A stretch of 64,000 nt of DNA from Camelus dromedarius (Eukaryota), in NCBI RefSeq assembly GCF_036321535.1, contig NC_087436.1, positions 80,292,001-80,356,000 on the forward strand, written 5' to 3'. The translations under genes and the position numbers were made by a program. Numbering within the stretch: position 1 is the stretch's first letter; each line of letters starts with the position of its first letter. Below are positions 50,623 through 63,300 of the stretch, one piece after another. The notes under the pieces are model-generated. The model did no database searches, was not told where the DNA came from, and saw nothing but the letters and a program-made list of their open reading frames with translations.

Positions 50623-51315
50623 ACATAGCCAGGCGTAGCCTTACTGATGCTCTTGTACTCTGTGATGCCGTCTTCCTTCTCTCTGGGAACCTGCACCTTC
50701 CTGTCCGTTTCCTCCTAAGGCTGGTAGATGGACTTCCTCAAAAATCTTGCTCTTTGCTAGATGGCCCACCAAGTTCTTGTGTATTCTTGAGGAGTGCCTC
50801 TGTGTCCTTTTTCTTGATTCAAGTGCTTTTGCCGACCCAGGTCTTTGATGATTTATGTTTGTGCCACTAAGAAAATGTATCTTTTTTTAATTTTGTCATT
50901 ATTTTTGAAATAAAAAACATTCAAGAGTTGAGTAACAGTAAAATATTGTGCATCACATAATTGGTTTGAGCAATAAATGTGTAACCACGTTAGATAATCA
51001 CTTTTAAGGACACTGTTTAATTATATACTTTTTAGAAATCTCATTTCTAGTTCGTATAGGTCCTGGAGACATGAGACTTGAATGAAATTCTCCTCTACTG
51101 ATTCTGAGTTCCTTTATCTAAGACAGTCTGTGAGGTGATGACTTGGACTCAAAATTAAGGCTTTCTCCTTTACCGTAGGAAATTAAGAATTTTGAATTTG
51201 GAACCAGACTGGATTTTAGTAACAGTGGTATTTTTTTGCATATTAAAGGTCTGTTTTGAATTAGTGCTTCTTCCCGAAGAGATAATTTTTGGTTACTGTA
51301 TCAATAGATGTATCT

Positions 51316-51512
51316 GCTACTAACTACTATATATAAAATAAACAACAAGTTATACTGTATAACACAAGGAACTATATTCAGTATCTTTTAATAACCTATG
51401 ATGAAAAGAATATGAAAAGAAATATATGTATATGTATGTATGACTGAAACATGCTATATACCAGAAATTGACACAACATTGTAAGCTGACTATATTTCAA
51501 TTTTTAAAAAAA
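51316..51512 (+). mobile_element. Short 5'-truncated lineage-specific L1 3' end
   Basis: ggaactatattcagtatct...ccagaaattgacacaacattgtaagctgactatatttcaa plus A-tail. Flanks agatgtatc and agatatatc resemble a TSD. Confidence 0.75.
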
Positions 51513-51868
51513 AGATATATCCATTATAGTTAAAAATGTGCTTTTATGTGCTTAACTTTGTATTAGGTATTCTTGGGAGATTTGGGGAGACGTTTTAATT
51601 AAAATAAGGAAATTAAGTCTTTGATCTTGTTGGGGAAAGGGAATTTTTCTTGGAGGAATAACACTGATATAATAAAAGAAAGTAGGTCTCTATTTAAATC
51701 TCTGGTTCTCAGAAGCTACCATTCTCTAAAATGGAAAGCCAGCCCTCTAACATTAGAGGTACACTTGGACCTTGCAGCTCCCACCTGGGGACTGATTTCT
51801 GACACTTGAGTAGTATCCTTTTCTCTAGAGGAGGTTCTGGATAATTCTGCATCTGAGAATCGGTTATA

Positions 51869-52030
51869 GAAAGAGTTTTATTTATTTATTTTATAAGTTT
51901 TTTTTTGTAGGGGGGAGGTAATTAATTTTATTTATTTTTTTTTTACTTTTTCAGTGGAGGTACTGGGGATTGAACCCAGGACCTCGTTCATGCTAAGCAG
52001 GTGCTCTACCATTTGAGCTATACCCTCCCG
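51869..52030 (-). mobile_element. Vic-1-like camelid tRNA-derived SINE with 17-bp TSD
   Basis: tRNA-like head (minus strand GGGAGGGTATAGCTCAAATGG...GGTTCAATCCCCAGTACCTCCA with A/B boxes) and A-rich tail. TSD tctgagaatc(g/a)gttata at 51852-51868 and 52031-52047. Confidence 0.88.
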
Positions 52031-53637
52031 TCTGAGAATCAGTTATAAAGCAGGGCTAAATGCATTTCTGAGGTTCATGCAAGCTGGACTGAATTATTAT
52101 CAGGAGACTGGCTTAGGGTTCTTTGTTTACCTCTGACTAGCTCCGCAGCCTAGCCCAGTTTCCTAATCCATTTGTTCATCCTCAAAGAGTTCAACCTGTA
52201 AAACCAAAAGGAACCTTTCAACCATAGCAGTTTTGACTCTTCACTCATTTCAGCTCAGCCCCAAAGCTTAGGGACTCATGAAAAATGTATGAGTCTCCAT
52301 AGTTTGTTAAACAGTAGAGGGAAATAAAGCCGGGTAAGTACAATTTGACCACCTCATGAAAAACCTTGGAAGCTGGATAAAAGAGCTTGGACTTAATGTT
52401 ATTGGTGTTTCAGGTCTCGAGCGCAGAAAGGACATGATCACAGGAATATCTATGGAAGAGTAGTTAGCAGTATCTAGACTATGTGATTGCAAGCAGGGGA
52501 TGTAAATCAGTATTTGATATATGGACGAAAGCAGCTAATATTTCTGTTGTAGGGAAGAGAATGAGGGCTTGTGCTTAGAATACAGTGCATATGTGTTACC
52601 AGATGTTGAATCAAAGTCTCTTCTGATGTAACTTAAATGCTATCATTTGAATTAATAGAAATCAGAAAATTCTTTGAAAAAAAAAACTGTACTGCGAATA
52701 TAACGTAAAATGGGTGTAGAATGAATGAAAGAAGGAGGTGGCAATTTTGGATTCAGAAATCCTCATCCCTCTATAGGTATTAGTAGAGTAATTTGGGATA
52801 TTTTATACAGTGGTTGCTGATATTTTTCATGACATGGCCACGTGAAGAGTGAAAATATTTGTAAGCTACACTGGGGGTAAAGTGTGAGGCTCCTGGGTGG
52901 GGAGCAGTTGGGCTCCCCAGGCTCTTACTGACAGCAAAGGGTTGAGGGAGGTCAAGTCCCAGCCTACTTGGGAACCAGCCAGGTGTCCCAGCAGGGAAGC
53001 TCTGCTCTGAGAACCAGCAGAGGGCCAAGGAGAAGAGAGCAGTTTTCTACTAAAGTCTCTGTCCCTCAGGAAAGCAGGCAGCACACGTTGAGCAACAGAA
53101 AGAAGTGCCCTTGCATCTGGCCTTCCCCTCCGTGGCTGACCTCCCTGCGCCTTCCTTGTTTCCCTGAAATCGCTGTGCTCTCCAGTTTCAGTTCCCTGTT
53201 GTCCTTTCTTTAATTGTTCACTGGAAGGCCGTGCTCTCTGGCTTACACCACCTCAGAATCGCTACGGTGTTTATCCACCACCCTGAAGGAGGGACGTCCT
53301 TTGAGAGGGCTGAGCGCCTGGCTCCTCCTGCCCTTCCGATGACCCCGGCGGAATATGCACACATCCCCATTGGCCACTTCCCAGCCTCGTGATTCATCCT
53401 TACTCACACTGAACACAATCTAGTTTCTTTCTTTAGCTAACATAATCTTTACACTTCATTTAGCTCTCAGTGCGTGAGTGAATGCTATTGGTCTGTTTGG
53501 TTGGTTTTTGTTGTAAAGTAGGGGATTCCTGAAGCATAGTTAAGAGAAATCCGTAAGTTTGGCAATTCAGTACTGAAACAACACAAAACGACTTAAGAAC
53601 ACGTTCAGTGCTAACTTTTCAAACTTTTCCTTTGCAG

Positions 53638-53734
53638 GTGGAAAAACTGGTGGATTCGTGGAATTCTTACTCTAACTATGATTTCGTTGTTTTTCCTGAT
53701 CATCTATATGGGATCCTTTATGCTGATGCTTCTT
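53638..53734 (+). CDS. CDS1: CDS1 coding exon 3 (97 nt)
   Basis: Branch-like ctaac and acceptor tttgcag|G encode (R)WKNWWIRGILTLTMISLFFLIIYMGSFMLMLL. Donor CTT|gtaagt. Confidence 0.97.
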
Positions 53735-54039
53735 GTAAGTGTTTTACTTTTGCCCAGGTGTCTCTTTGTTTTCCGGTATTGATATGATTTGAAGTAATTT
53801 GAGCATGTCATGAAAAAGAAGGTAATTTGAGAGTTGGTGGTAACAGCAAATTTAGTTCCGCTAAGCATCTTCTGGTTCACGAAATGATCTGAACTGTTCT
53901 TTCCCATTTGCAAGATGGCCATTCCATGTGGCCATTCAGCAGAGACCAAGTATGCATAATAGATACACATCCTTGTGCCAAGCATAATGTAGAACAGAAA
54001 CACAAACACATGACTTCAACAGCAGGTCTGACTACTGGC

Positions 54040-54800
54040 TAGACCCCGACTTCAGCAGACTCAGTCTAATGGCAGAGACATGTAAATAACCACATGAATA
54101 AATGGTATAGTAAATGAGTAGGATCAGACCTGTGACAGATCTTTCAGAAGAGCACGGTAAAAAAATTACCTCATCCAGGCTGAGGGAGAGATGAGGGAAG
54201 ACTTCCAGGAGAGGTGATGCCACACCTGAGTCTTAAAGAAGCCCCGAGCAGGGGAGGGCATTCCAAGGTGAGAACATCAGGGGCAGGGGTGTCGGTAACA
54301 AGAGACTGTGTTCCGTTGGGGGATTTGCGGGTTATACACGTGGAGGTGTCTAGGGATGGGACTAGGGAGGTGAGCAGAAGCCATTCTGGGAGTTTGGGAT
54401 TTTGTTGTGTACGGGAAGCCCAACAAGTCATGAAGCCACACAAGTATTTTAAGCTTTTAATTCATCCATTTAGCAGATGCTTCAAGATACCTGCTATGTG
54501 CCAGGCACTAGTTCTGGGGAGTGATGCCTGTGTCTGCCCTCAGGGAGCTTACTGTCTACATTTTAAGGAAGTGATCAGATATATACTCACAAACTGTAAT
54601 AAGTATTTTGAAAAAAAAGAATGCCCTGAGAGCAAAGCTGGGAGACTTTCAGACTTTATCCAGTGCCCAGCACATGCAGTGCGATCTGAAGGCTGAGTAG
54701 GGGTGAAGGGGGGAGCTTGGGGGAAGGGCTATCACAGCAGAGAATTCCCTGTGTATAAAAGCCTTGGTATCTATGGAGACGTGAAACATTGGAAGCCCAG
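54040..54800 (-). mobile_element. L2 fragments
   Basis: gggaagacttccaggagaggtga, and ttcatccatttagcag...cctgctatgtgccaggcact...tctgccctcagggagcttact. Confidence 0.6.
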
Positions 54801-57399
54801 AGTGGTAGAAGTAAGAAGGAGAAATTTTGTTCAGCAAATTCATCAAGCCCTTCCTGAGTGCTGAGCGTGGTTTGGCGGTGAGCGGTGAGGGCCTGCTCAC
54901 AGGGGAGTGCGCGGTGTCCCTCTTTTTTATTATTTTCCTTCATCCGTCTCAGTTAGTTCAGCCTCCTCTTACGTACTCATCCCCCTGTTGTCTGGCTGCT
55001 CTGGCGCCCTCAGAAATGGGTTTACCCATCTCGCCTGTCTTCCCTTCTCCATGCTCACTCTTATTCACAGTGATAAGCTATGAGCAATATGATCGCTTTC
55101 CTTTTATTTTTTTTTATAAAAGAATAAGTTTTAAAGTGAAGTTAGACATGATTGAGAAAAAATTCCATCAACTCCTGAAACCAATTAAAGCAGCTCTTAT
55201 AAGCACCATAAAGCCCTTTCACTTTTCTTTTCATGCTCTCGTTAATTTTGTACTTCTTTGGGAAATCAAGGTAAAAAATGAATGTGAAAGACTTTCTCTG
55301 TTCTGTTAATTTTCTGGGATCCTAAAGAGCTTTTTCTTACAAAGGAAAAATGGATAATGGATAGGACTGACTTAACGTGAGGCTAGAGGATGCAGGTGGG
55401 CAGCTGTGAGCACCGCCCAGGTGTGATTTGAGGGAAGGGCTCCAGTTGCCAGTCCCCTCGGTCTGAACCCACTGCGGGCTCTCAGTGCCAGTGACCACCA
55501 GTGGCCCCTAGACTGGGCATTTCAGGAGTGGGTGTGGGTAGAGTGCTTTTCAGTGCTGTGTGTGATGGTGGTCGAGCCTGGGGAAGAGGAGACTAGGTGA
55601 TGGCAGACAGCTCACTAAGGCTTTGTGGATGAAAGGACTTTGAGCAGACCTTGAGGACCTGTCAGGGTGGGGTGAGGATTGTGAGCAAAAGTCCCAGTGG
55701 CCAAGTGTGTCAGGAAAGGGCAGGTCATACCGTTTCTTGAGCATGGGGCCTTTAAATGTGAAAACACAGTGAGGAATCATATCTTGGAGGACCTTGCAGT
55801 ACTTTGTTAAGAAGTTGGAATTTATTTGTAAAGCATTAAGGAGCCATTTAAAATATTAGGGATAGTTTGATTTATGGTTCCTCTTAGCAGGTAATTTTGA
55901 AGTAAGATACTGCAAAACACCAGTATTCTGGATGCACTGGCTCAGGTTGGTTTGGTGGGTTCTCTGTGCGTAAATTACATTGCTCTCCAAGCTGAATTGT
56001 TTGGTGTGGTAACTGAGTCAGAATTTGTGGATAGAGATGAATTTTTAGCCATTCTTTTATTACAAAATTTAAAACACCTTTAAAGACATCTTGCATATTT
56101 GGATTCTGATTTTTTTAAACAGAAAATCAAAAGTCCACCTGAAGTACTTGGGCTTTTTTTTCCTTTTTTCTTTTTCTATGAAAGGAAAATACCGTTTTAT
56201 TACAAGTTATTTCTTTGATTGGTGAATTTAATCAGAGAAGAATAGAAGAATATTAAAGATCTAGTTAAAGTGGATTTGAATTGTGAGTGCTCTTATTTAA
56301 GGTTTGTTGCATGCGCATGTGTACATGCATACATGCACACAGGGACACATGCAGATGGACATGTGTTGTATTTATAATGTTTATGTTAAGGGAATATGGA
56401 TGGATGTACAAATATGCCCACACTGTTGGTACTCAAGTGATATGACTTTTATGTATTTTAAAGTCTTATTTACATTCGTAACCATAAATAGATCATTTCT
56501 ATTTTGAGAAGTACGCATTGTAGCTTGCTTGTACGTGCACCTTGTAATATCAGCACTCCAAGATGACTAATGGAAGAGAGCTTTATTAAAAATTTACTTC
56601 TAGGAAATGATAGCTGCTATTCTAAGATGGAACTCATACTCATATTCCTGAAAATAAAAGGAGCTTTTTTTCCTTCAACCTTCTACATAATAGTGCTTTA
56701 ATTGTTGCGTTCACAGCTTGGAATCACTTTCTAAGTGATGGAGTTACTAAAACATATTTTGATTTAAAGACAGGTGTGAACATATAAAAAAATATCATAA
56801 GAGAGTCCCCCCACCCCTTCCTGGAAACTCCTATAATAATTGTTATAATTCACATTCTTAAATTTACTTTTAAATGGTACATTTAATTTTTCTCCCATTG
56901 TGAGAGTTATAAAAGTCTATTAGAATTACTTTGGAAAATATATAATTTTAAAAACTCACCCCAATCCTATCATCAGCCACCAAAACTCAATTAATACTGA
57001 CATTTCCTTTCATCTTTTTTTCTTTTAAAAAACTATCATTGTAATTCTAATGTGACTAAAATTTTGTATCCTTCTTTTTAAACAAATATCACATCGAATG
57101 TTTTGAGTTGCTCCACAGTCTTTACAGCCATCAGCTTTAATACATTCATCTACTCAACAGAATGGAGCACAGCTTAAGTTATTTAAACCGGTGTGTTTAT
57201 TTTTAGACATTCAGGTTATATTCTGGTTTTTCCTTTTTGTGAATAACATTACCCTGAACATATTAGAATGCAAAGCTTTTTCATGTGCAGGATTATTTTC
57301 TTCAAATAGATCCCCAGATTGACAATAGGCTCTTTTATTTGGATAAACCATGGGTACCATAGTTCAAACTCAGCCTATCCATTACCATCACTTCTGTTC

Positions 57400-58050
57400 C
57401 ATCACCACCCATTCTGAATAAATCTGTACTTTTCCAAGCCTTTCCTGGTGTTATTCTGTGCTCCCCTCTCCTTCTTAGCCCCCCAGTTTCCTCAGCCACA
57501 AAGTCCAGTCAGTTCTACCTCCTCAGTGTCTCATATTCCTTGTGCTCCACCCTCCTCTGCCGCTGTCCCAGTTAGATGTTCATCCACGCTCATCTGGAAA
57601 GTGATGTCTTGCCTGCCTCTCTAGTCAGTCCTTTCCACCTGTGATCCCTAGACACACACCTGATCACGTTCTTTCATGATCAGCACGAACTCCCTTGTGC
57701 GGTCCTTCATGCTATGTCCTGCGATGGTGTGACCAGACTCAACTCTCTCGACTTCTCACCCCCAGCTCTGTGTTCCAGCACCTCTGAACTACTTGTAGTT
57801 CCCTCCACATCCTCGTCCTCTCCTACATACATGACTCTGCATATCCTCCTCCTTTGCCCCAACTACCCATCCCTACCCCTGCCACAGATTTTGGGTCTGC
57901 CTGTGCTTATGTCCACATGGCTGTTTCCACATGGTATTGTAGTTGTGTGTGTTCTCCGTAACAGACTGCCTCTCTGAGAACAGAAGCCCCGTATTATTCT
58001 CTGAATCCTCAGTAATCAGCAGAATAGGCATTTGCTTATCAATTGTTGTT
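57400..58050 (+). mobile_element. L2 fragment
   Basis: Pyrimidine-rich L2 body ending tctctgaatcctcagta...taggcatttgcttatcaattgttg. Confidence 0.5.
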
Positions 58051-58759
58051 TTTAATGCTCTTAACACATTAATTGGGCCAACAGAGTCCTACCAATGCAT
58101 TGCTGCCAGTACTTATGGCATGGAGTATCAGTTTCTGTGTGATCACCCAGCCCTGGAAGACATACATATGTTTTAAGGATTTTTACTCTAGTATTTTGAA
58201 TCCCCTGTTTTCTATTTCCCTAGCAGTTCCGTATTAATTCTTCTGGCAAGTTATAAGTGACAATCACATATATGTATTTGTGTGATGTCAAAAATGCTTT
58301 TTTTCTCCCCTCAGTTAAATACCATATATAGTGGTTATGGTTGTTCTCGAACAAATGTATTCATAGAAATTGCATCAGTGCATTTGATATTTTATAAGCC
58401 CTTGGTTCCATAAATAGCATGGTTTTGCCATTTTAACATTTAGCATTGTCCCATTCTATGGTTATTTTTGTTAAAAAAAAAAGGCTTAATATTTATACAA
58501 AGATAATTTGAAGGGCAATATTTAAATATTTTCTTGTCTTTATATTATAACACATTTATATTATATTTACTACTGCTTATAGTAGTTTGGCATAATATTT
58601 TCTTACCATGTGGCTGAGGGGACACAACTAATTTTTTCAGTATGTGATTGGACATGTAATAAGTATAGTGAGGAAAAATAGCTTAAGAACATCCTGAGCA
58701 GTAGGTTTGGGAAAGCTACTCTGGAGATCTTAAAAAGAAATCCCAAAGTACGTCCTTCG

Positions 58760-58925
58760 GCAGTTTGGTTAGCTTTCTCTGTAAAGGACCAGATGGTAAC
58801 ATTTTGGGCTTTAAGGAGCCACGTATGTCTCTGTCATATAATCTTTGTTTTTGTTTTTAACTTTTTAGAAATATAAAGTCCATTTTAGTTCCAGGGCTGT
58901 ACAAAAACAAGTCCTTGGATATGTT
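58760..58925 (+). mobile_element. MER58C-like hAT-Charlie MITE
   Basis: tctgtaaaggaccagatggtaacattttgggcttt...gtctctgtc...ggctgtacaaaaaca. Confidence 0.65.
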
Positions 58926-59814
58926 TTCTAGAGGTTGAAAAAGTATTTTCACAACGGTTGGAACCTCTTCATTGATAGTGCTAAGTGTTCAACTTGCCAT
59001 TTGCTCTGAGTCTTGGAATTGACTTAAACCAAACACTGGATATGATGCTACATTCTCAGGAATTACCTTTACTCAAACTGGTGGACGCGGCAGTTTGAAG
59101 GACTGCTACAGAGACCATCAAAAAGGGATTCACGAATACAAATCCCTTTACTAGGCATGTGTATTGGACACTGTGCAGACAGAAATTGCATAGACTGACT
59201 TGACAGGCCAGTGTGGCTGCAAATGTGGAGGATTTGTTTATAATTTGCCAAGCAAGCTCTGCTTGGGTTGATCAGAGATGTGTGTGGCTGGCTGTGGGAG
59301 AGCTGGCATGGTGGGAAGCCCCTGGGTAGCTGGGCAAAGATGTTTTAGCCATTTGTCTTGACGGCATCTTTATCCTTGGCAATCATACCTGGTTGCATGG
59401 TTAAAAATAAATATATACAAGCAAACTTTTCACAGCTGATCATTTTCCTAGGATAACTCAAGAAACAAAATAGACAAAAAGATCATTCACCTTGAGGTGG
59501 ACAACCTCAAGAAAGGAAACAATAATGAGGGATAAAGCCTAGTTGGCTGTGACCAACCAGACTGTATCCCGCAAACCCTGAACTCCAGTGCCGCCTCCTA
59601 CCCTGGGAATGATCTCTCAAACTTTTTGAATGAAACACTGTTTTGCTTACCCCTTTGGGGCAGCACTGATTTTAGAGAAGTTCAATGCTGAGATTTTGCT
59701 GCTGATACTTAGAATAACTAAAAGTGGGCAGATTAGGCTGAAGATTTTTAAAATCGCGACTAAGCATAAATGTAAATATTGAGAATTGCGTGTTACGTTT
59801 TCTCTTGGTCTCAG

Positions 59815-59912
59815 GTTCTGAGCATCCAAGTGAAATGCTTCCATGAGATCATCACCATAGGTTACAGAGTCTATCGCTCTTACGACCTGCCGTGGTTTAG
59901 AACTCTCAGCTG
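59815..59912 (+). CDS. CDS1: CDS1 coding exon 4 (98 nt)
   Basis: Acceptor gtctcag|G encodes [32 protein letters not shown](W). Donor CTG|gtgagt. Confidence 0.97.
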
Positions 59913-60377
59913 GTGAGTAGCTTAAAACTGTTCCAGCTACGAAAATCCGAGTCTTTTCCGAAGTTTGTAAGGAAGCATCCTGATCAGTCAGCAGCTACAC
60001 AGTTGGCCGTATAGGTTGATTTTAAAGGAAGATAAACAAAAAAGAATAAATTTGAATTTTGAAAAGAAGAAAATCTCCTTTAGACACTCTCACTTCAACA
60101 CAACTGTTTTCATATCTCATCTTTCATTCTTTGTAGAGATGCCTAATTTATATTGAATATATACACTATTCATGTCCTCTTTTTTAAAAAACCTCAGCTA
60201 TATACAGACATTCTTTTATATCCTTTAAAATTACAATTTTAACATAAAGTTTCATTTTATAAAATGTTACAAATATATGTAATCTTTTGCTTTGTTTCCC
60301 CTCAGTTGACATGAAACCTTACACAAAATTTCATATTTCAAAGACTGAAAGATGAACATAGTTGTGGATATTTTGGG

Positions 60378-60790
60378 TTTTTTTGTTTTGTTTTGTTTTG
60401 TAAGTGATCAGTGGTTTATTCAGGGTGGGGAGACGTGGGAGGGGGAAGCCCAAGCTGAACATCTGTCTCCCTCCCTCCCATCCTACCCCTGCAGGCTGAC
60501 TCACCCTCCTCAAAGGCCCCCAAAGCCCTTGGAGGGCCAGGGTTGTGAGAGGAGGGATAGCCCCACCTTACTGCTCCTGGTTTGGTCTCTGTCAGGCCCT
60601 GGGCCCCGTGGCGTGCAACAAGGAGGGTGGTCAGAGGGAAGAGGAAGACTGATGGGGGCAGTGTGCAAGGCACCCTTCTAAATAGCACCAGCAGTTACTG
60701 GCCCCTGGAGTATTGTGTATGTACAAATACATGCAAAAATGGTAAAAAAAAAAAAAATCAAATAACTCTTAATAATTAAATTTTTATACC
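60378..60790 (-). pseudogene. Probable processed retrocopy fragment of an unidentified mRNA 3' UTR
   Basis: Minus strand: GC-rich non-repeat-looking body, then AATAAA (60415-60420), a 14-nt spacer and an (AAAAC)n tail (60378-60400). The right boundary is uncertain and no TSD was found. Confidence 0.55.
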
Positions 60791-62196
60791 TTTTTAAAAC
60801 TTTTCAGGTTTCTTAATTATCAGGACCTTGATCAGGAAACATGATGATATAGTTCATAATGAACCTACCTGGCCATGCCTTTGAATACAGTTGTTTGATT
60901 AGTGTCAGCCAGAGGGCCAGTGTCTTATCAAAACAAGTGTATAACCTTTGGGTTTTACAGTAGTCAAAAAATAGTTTCTTGATTTTAGTAATAGCTGATT
61001 TTTCCTTTTGAAAAGTTTCTTCATGAGTTGTGAAGTGTATGGAAATTTTAGGTAGATTAAGTAGTTGAAGAATAATTAAAAGCTAAACCATGCAGGATTG
61101 ATTTTAAGTGTAGGGAGAAAAAAAGTAGGTCAGGATGGGCTGCAGTGATTCTAGAGGCTTCTTGGTGAAGGCGAGAGAGAGAGACGGTCACTTAAACTAA
61201 GACTTGCTCGAGAGTGAAGCATGTCTGGGTTGCGGAAGCAGCACCCAGCAGGTTCTTGGTGGGGACAGAAGAGGTGTGTGCTGCAGATGGTGGGACATTC
61301 CTAGCTCTCCTGAGCAGAAGGTATGTATTTATTAGGGAATAGGGGTCAAAAAGTTGGATTGGAATCACAGTTTCCATTGTAGGAGATTAAAAAAAATGGT
61401 AATGTCGCTGAAGAGAAATGTGAATACTTTACTTTGTGAGCAGTGGGATCCAATTGCATCCATGAGAACCAGAGGGCAACCACCCCTTTCCTGTCCTTCT
61501 GCCCTCCTGGCTACCTAGGACTCTGCCCTTCAAGGAGGAGGCCCAGAGGAACTCTATGGCCATGTTTCTCAGCCTCTTTTCCTGGCTTACCCGCATTCGT
61601 ATCAGCAAAGTCTCTTAGGTTCAACCCCTCCCTTGGGGGAAAGGATATACCAGGGCTGGGCATTTATACAGCTTTTAAAAGTTTCTCCCAGAGATTTTTT
61701 TACCTACTGGTATTTTCCATCCTCCATTGCTGCCCCCTTTAGAATCACTGCCCAACCAGAGTCCTTCTGGAGCTTTGAGAAGAGGGAGCAAGACCCCAGT
61801 GTGGGCGGGACAGAGGGGAGAGAGGTTAGAAGTCCAAGTACCTCTTCCTTCTTTCCCTGTTGATCTTCTTTAGGGAGGATGGGGGTTGGCTTAGGGGCTC
61901 TACTGTTAAAAACATTAGAGCCATGAGTAGTTGGGTGTGAATTTTCATTATTAACTTAATACCCTGTGTGTGCTAACTAAAGACATGAACTATATTCAGT
62001 AAATTTTTGTTGACTGATAAGTTAGAAATTAAATTTGAAATGGGGAAAAAAACACTTTGGTGGAATATATGCTGAACTAGTCTTCTAAACTTGGTTTTGA
62101 TCTTTGTGGCATCATCAAAATGTAGAAAATAGTTTTACTGAGTTTCAGGGGGAAAAGTTCCAAATATAAAAAAAGCTAATTGTTTTTAAATTATAG

Positions 62197-62336
62197 GTAC
62201 TTTCTACTGTGTGTAAATTACTTTTTCTATGGAGAGACTGTAGCTGATTATTTTGCTACATTTGTTCAAAGAGAAGAGCAGCTTCAGTTCCTCATTCGCT
62301 ACCACAGATTTATATCATTTGCCCTCTATCTGGCAG
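62197..62336 (+). CDS. CDS1: CDS1 coding exon 5 (140 nt)
   Basis: Acceptor ttatag|G encodes (W)[46 protein letters not shown](G). Donor CAG|gtaagt. The remaining exons lie beyond the window. Confidence 0.97.
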
Positions 62337-62728
62337 GTAAGTTAAGGAAAATATTCTGTATTCATATGTAGCCAATATGTGTTACATGCTTATTTTTTAT
62401 GTTATTTAAATTCACAGCATCCTTTATTTGTACATTTTATCCAGCTTTTCTTTTATATATCATGTATAAAAAGATATTTCTTTCACCATGGTGTTAAATA
62501 GCAATTACTCCCTATTGTTAAAACAAATTTGCTTAATAGACACCTCATACATTTGAACATTTTCTTTGCAAATTGTAGTAAACAAACCTATAAATATATG
62601 GACTGATCATTAACCAAGTATAATTTACAAAGAAACTTTCACATACACGATTTCACGTTGCTTTCTTTGTCCCTCAGAAATAGAGTTTCCATATAGAATT
62701 AATCAGGGTACTTGGTTTTATTGAGATG

Positions 62729-62739
62729 GTGTGTATGTA

Positions 62740-62781
<42 letters not shown>

Positions 62782-62800
62782 ATATATTATATATATAATA
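62729..62800. repeat. Compound (TG)n(TA)n microsatellite
   Basis: Read directly from the sequence. Confidence 0.9.
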
Positions 62801-62858
62801 TGCATATTTCTTTATAGTATGCTGTGTCATGTTTTTATGATTTTACATTAGGAATCAG

Positions 62859-63044
62859 AACTATGTAAGTTTAAAAAACTAAAGTTCTAAATGTTTTTAG
62901 AAACAATGAATAGTACATATATGTGAATTAAAAAATATGTGCAGTATATTGTGTAGATGTATTTACATGCAATATATTGTATATGTGCTGTCAAATTGTA
63001 ACAATTCTACCTAATAAAACTGAAAAATAAAAAACAAATAATTA
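62859..63044 (+). mobile_element. ~180-bp poly(A)-tailed element with an L1-like 3' terminus, copy 2, with TSD
   Basis: Ends acaattctacctaataaaactg plus A-rich tail. Flanked by attaggaatcaga (62847-62859) and attaagaatcaga (63045-63057). Confidence 0.8.
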
Positions 63045-63159
63045 ATTAAGAATCAGATACTTAGGATAACATTAGAATTAACAGGTTTATTTTGCATAAA
63101 AGTTTATGAATCATAAAATAATTTATAAGGAATTGATTTAGATACGTACTTTTTAAAAC

Positions 63160-63300
63160 TTAGATTGCCAATATGAATCCTGGTTCCACCACTTGGTCGC
63201 TGAATAAACTTTAGGAAATTTAATTAATCTATCTGTGCCTCAGTTTCTTTGTAAGGCACTTAGAACAGTACCTGGCACCATTTTAATATTTATTATTATT
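63160..63300 (+). mobile_element. MIR fragment
   Basis: tgaatcctggttccaccactt...tctgtgcctcagtttct...gcacttagaacagtacctggcac. Confidence 0.65.

Noticed and set aside
54214..55309. Two 160-aa ORFs in intron 3
   Set aside because: The first overlaps L2 remnants. Neither has a recognisable domain or splice support.
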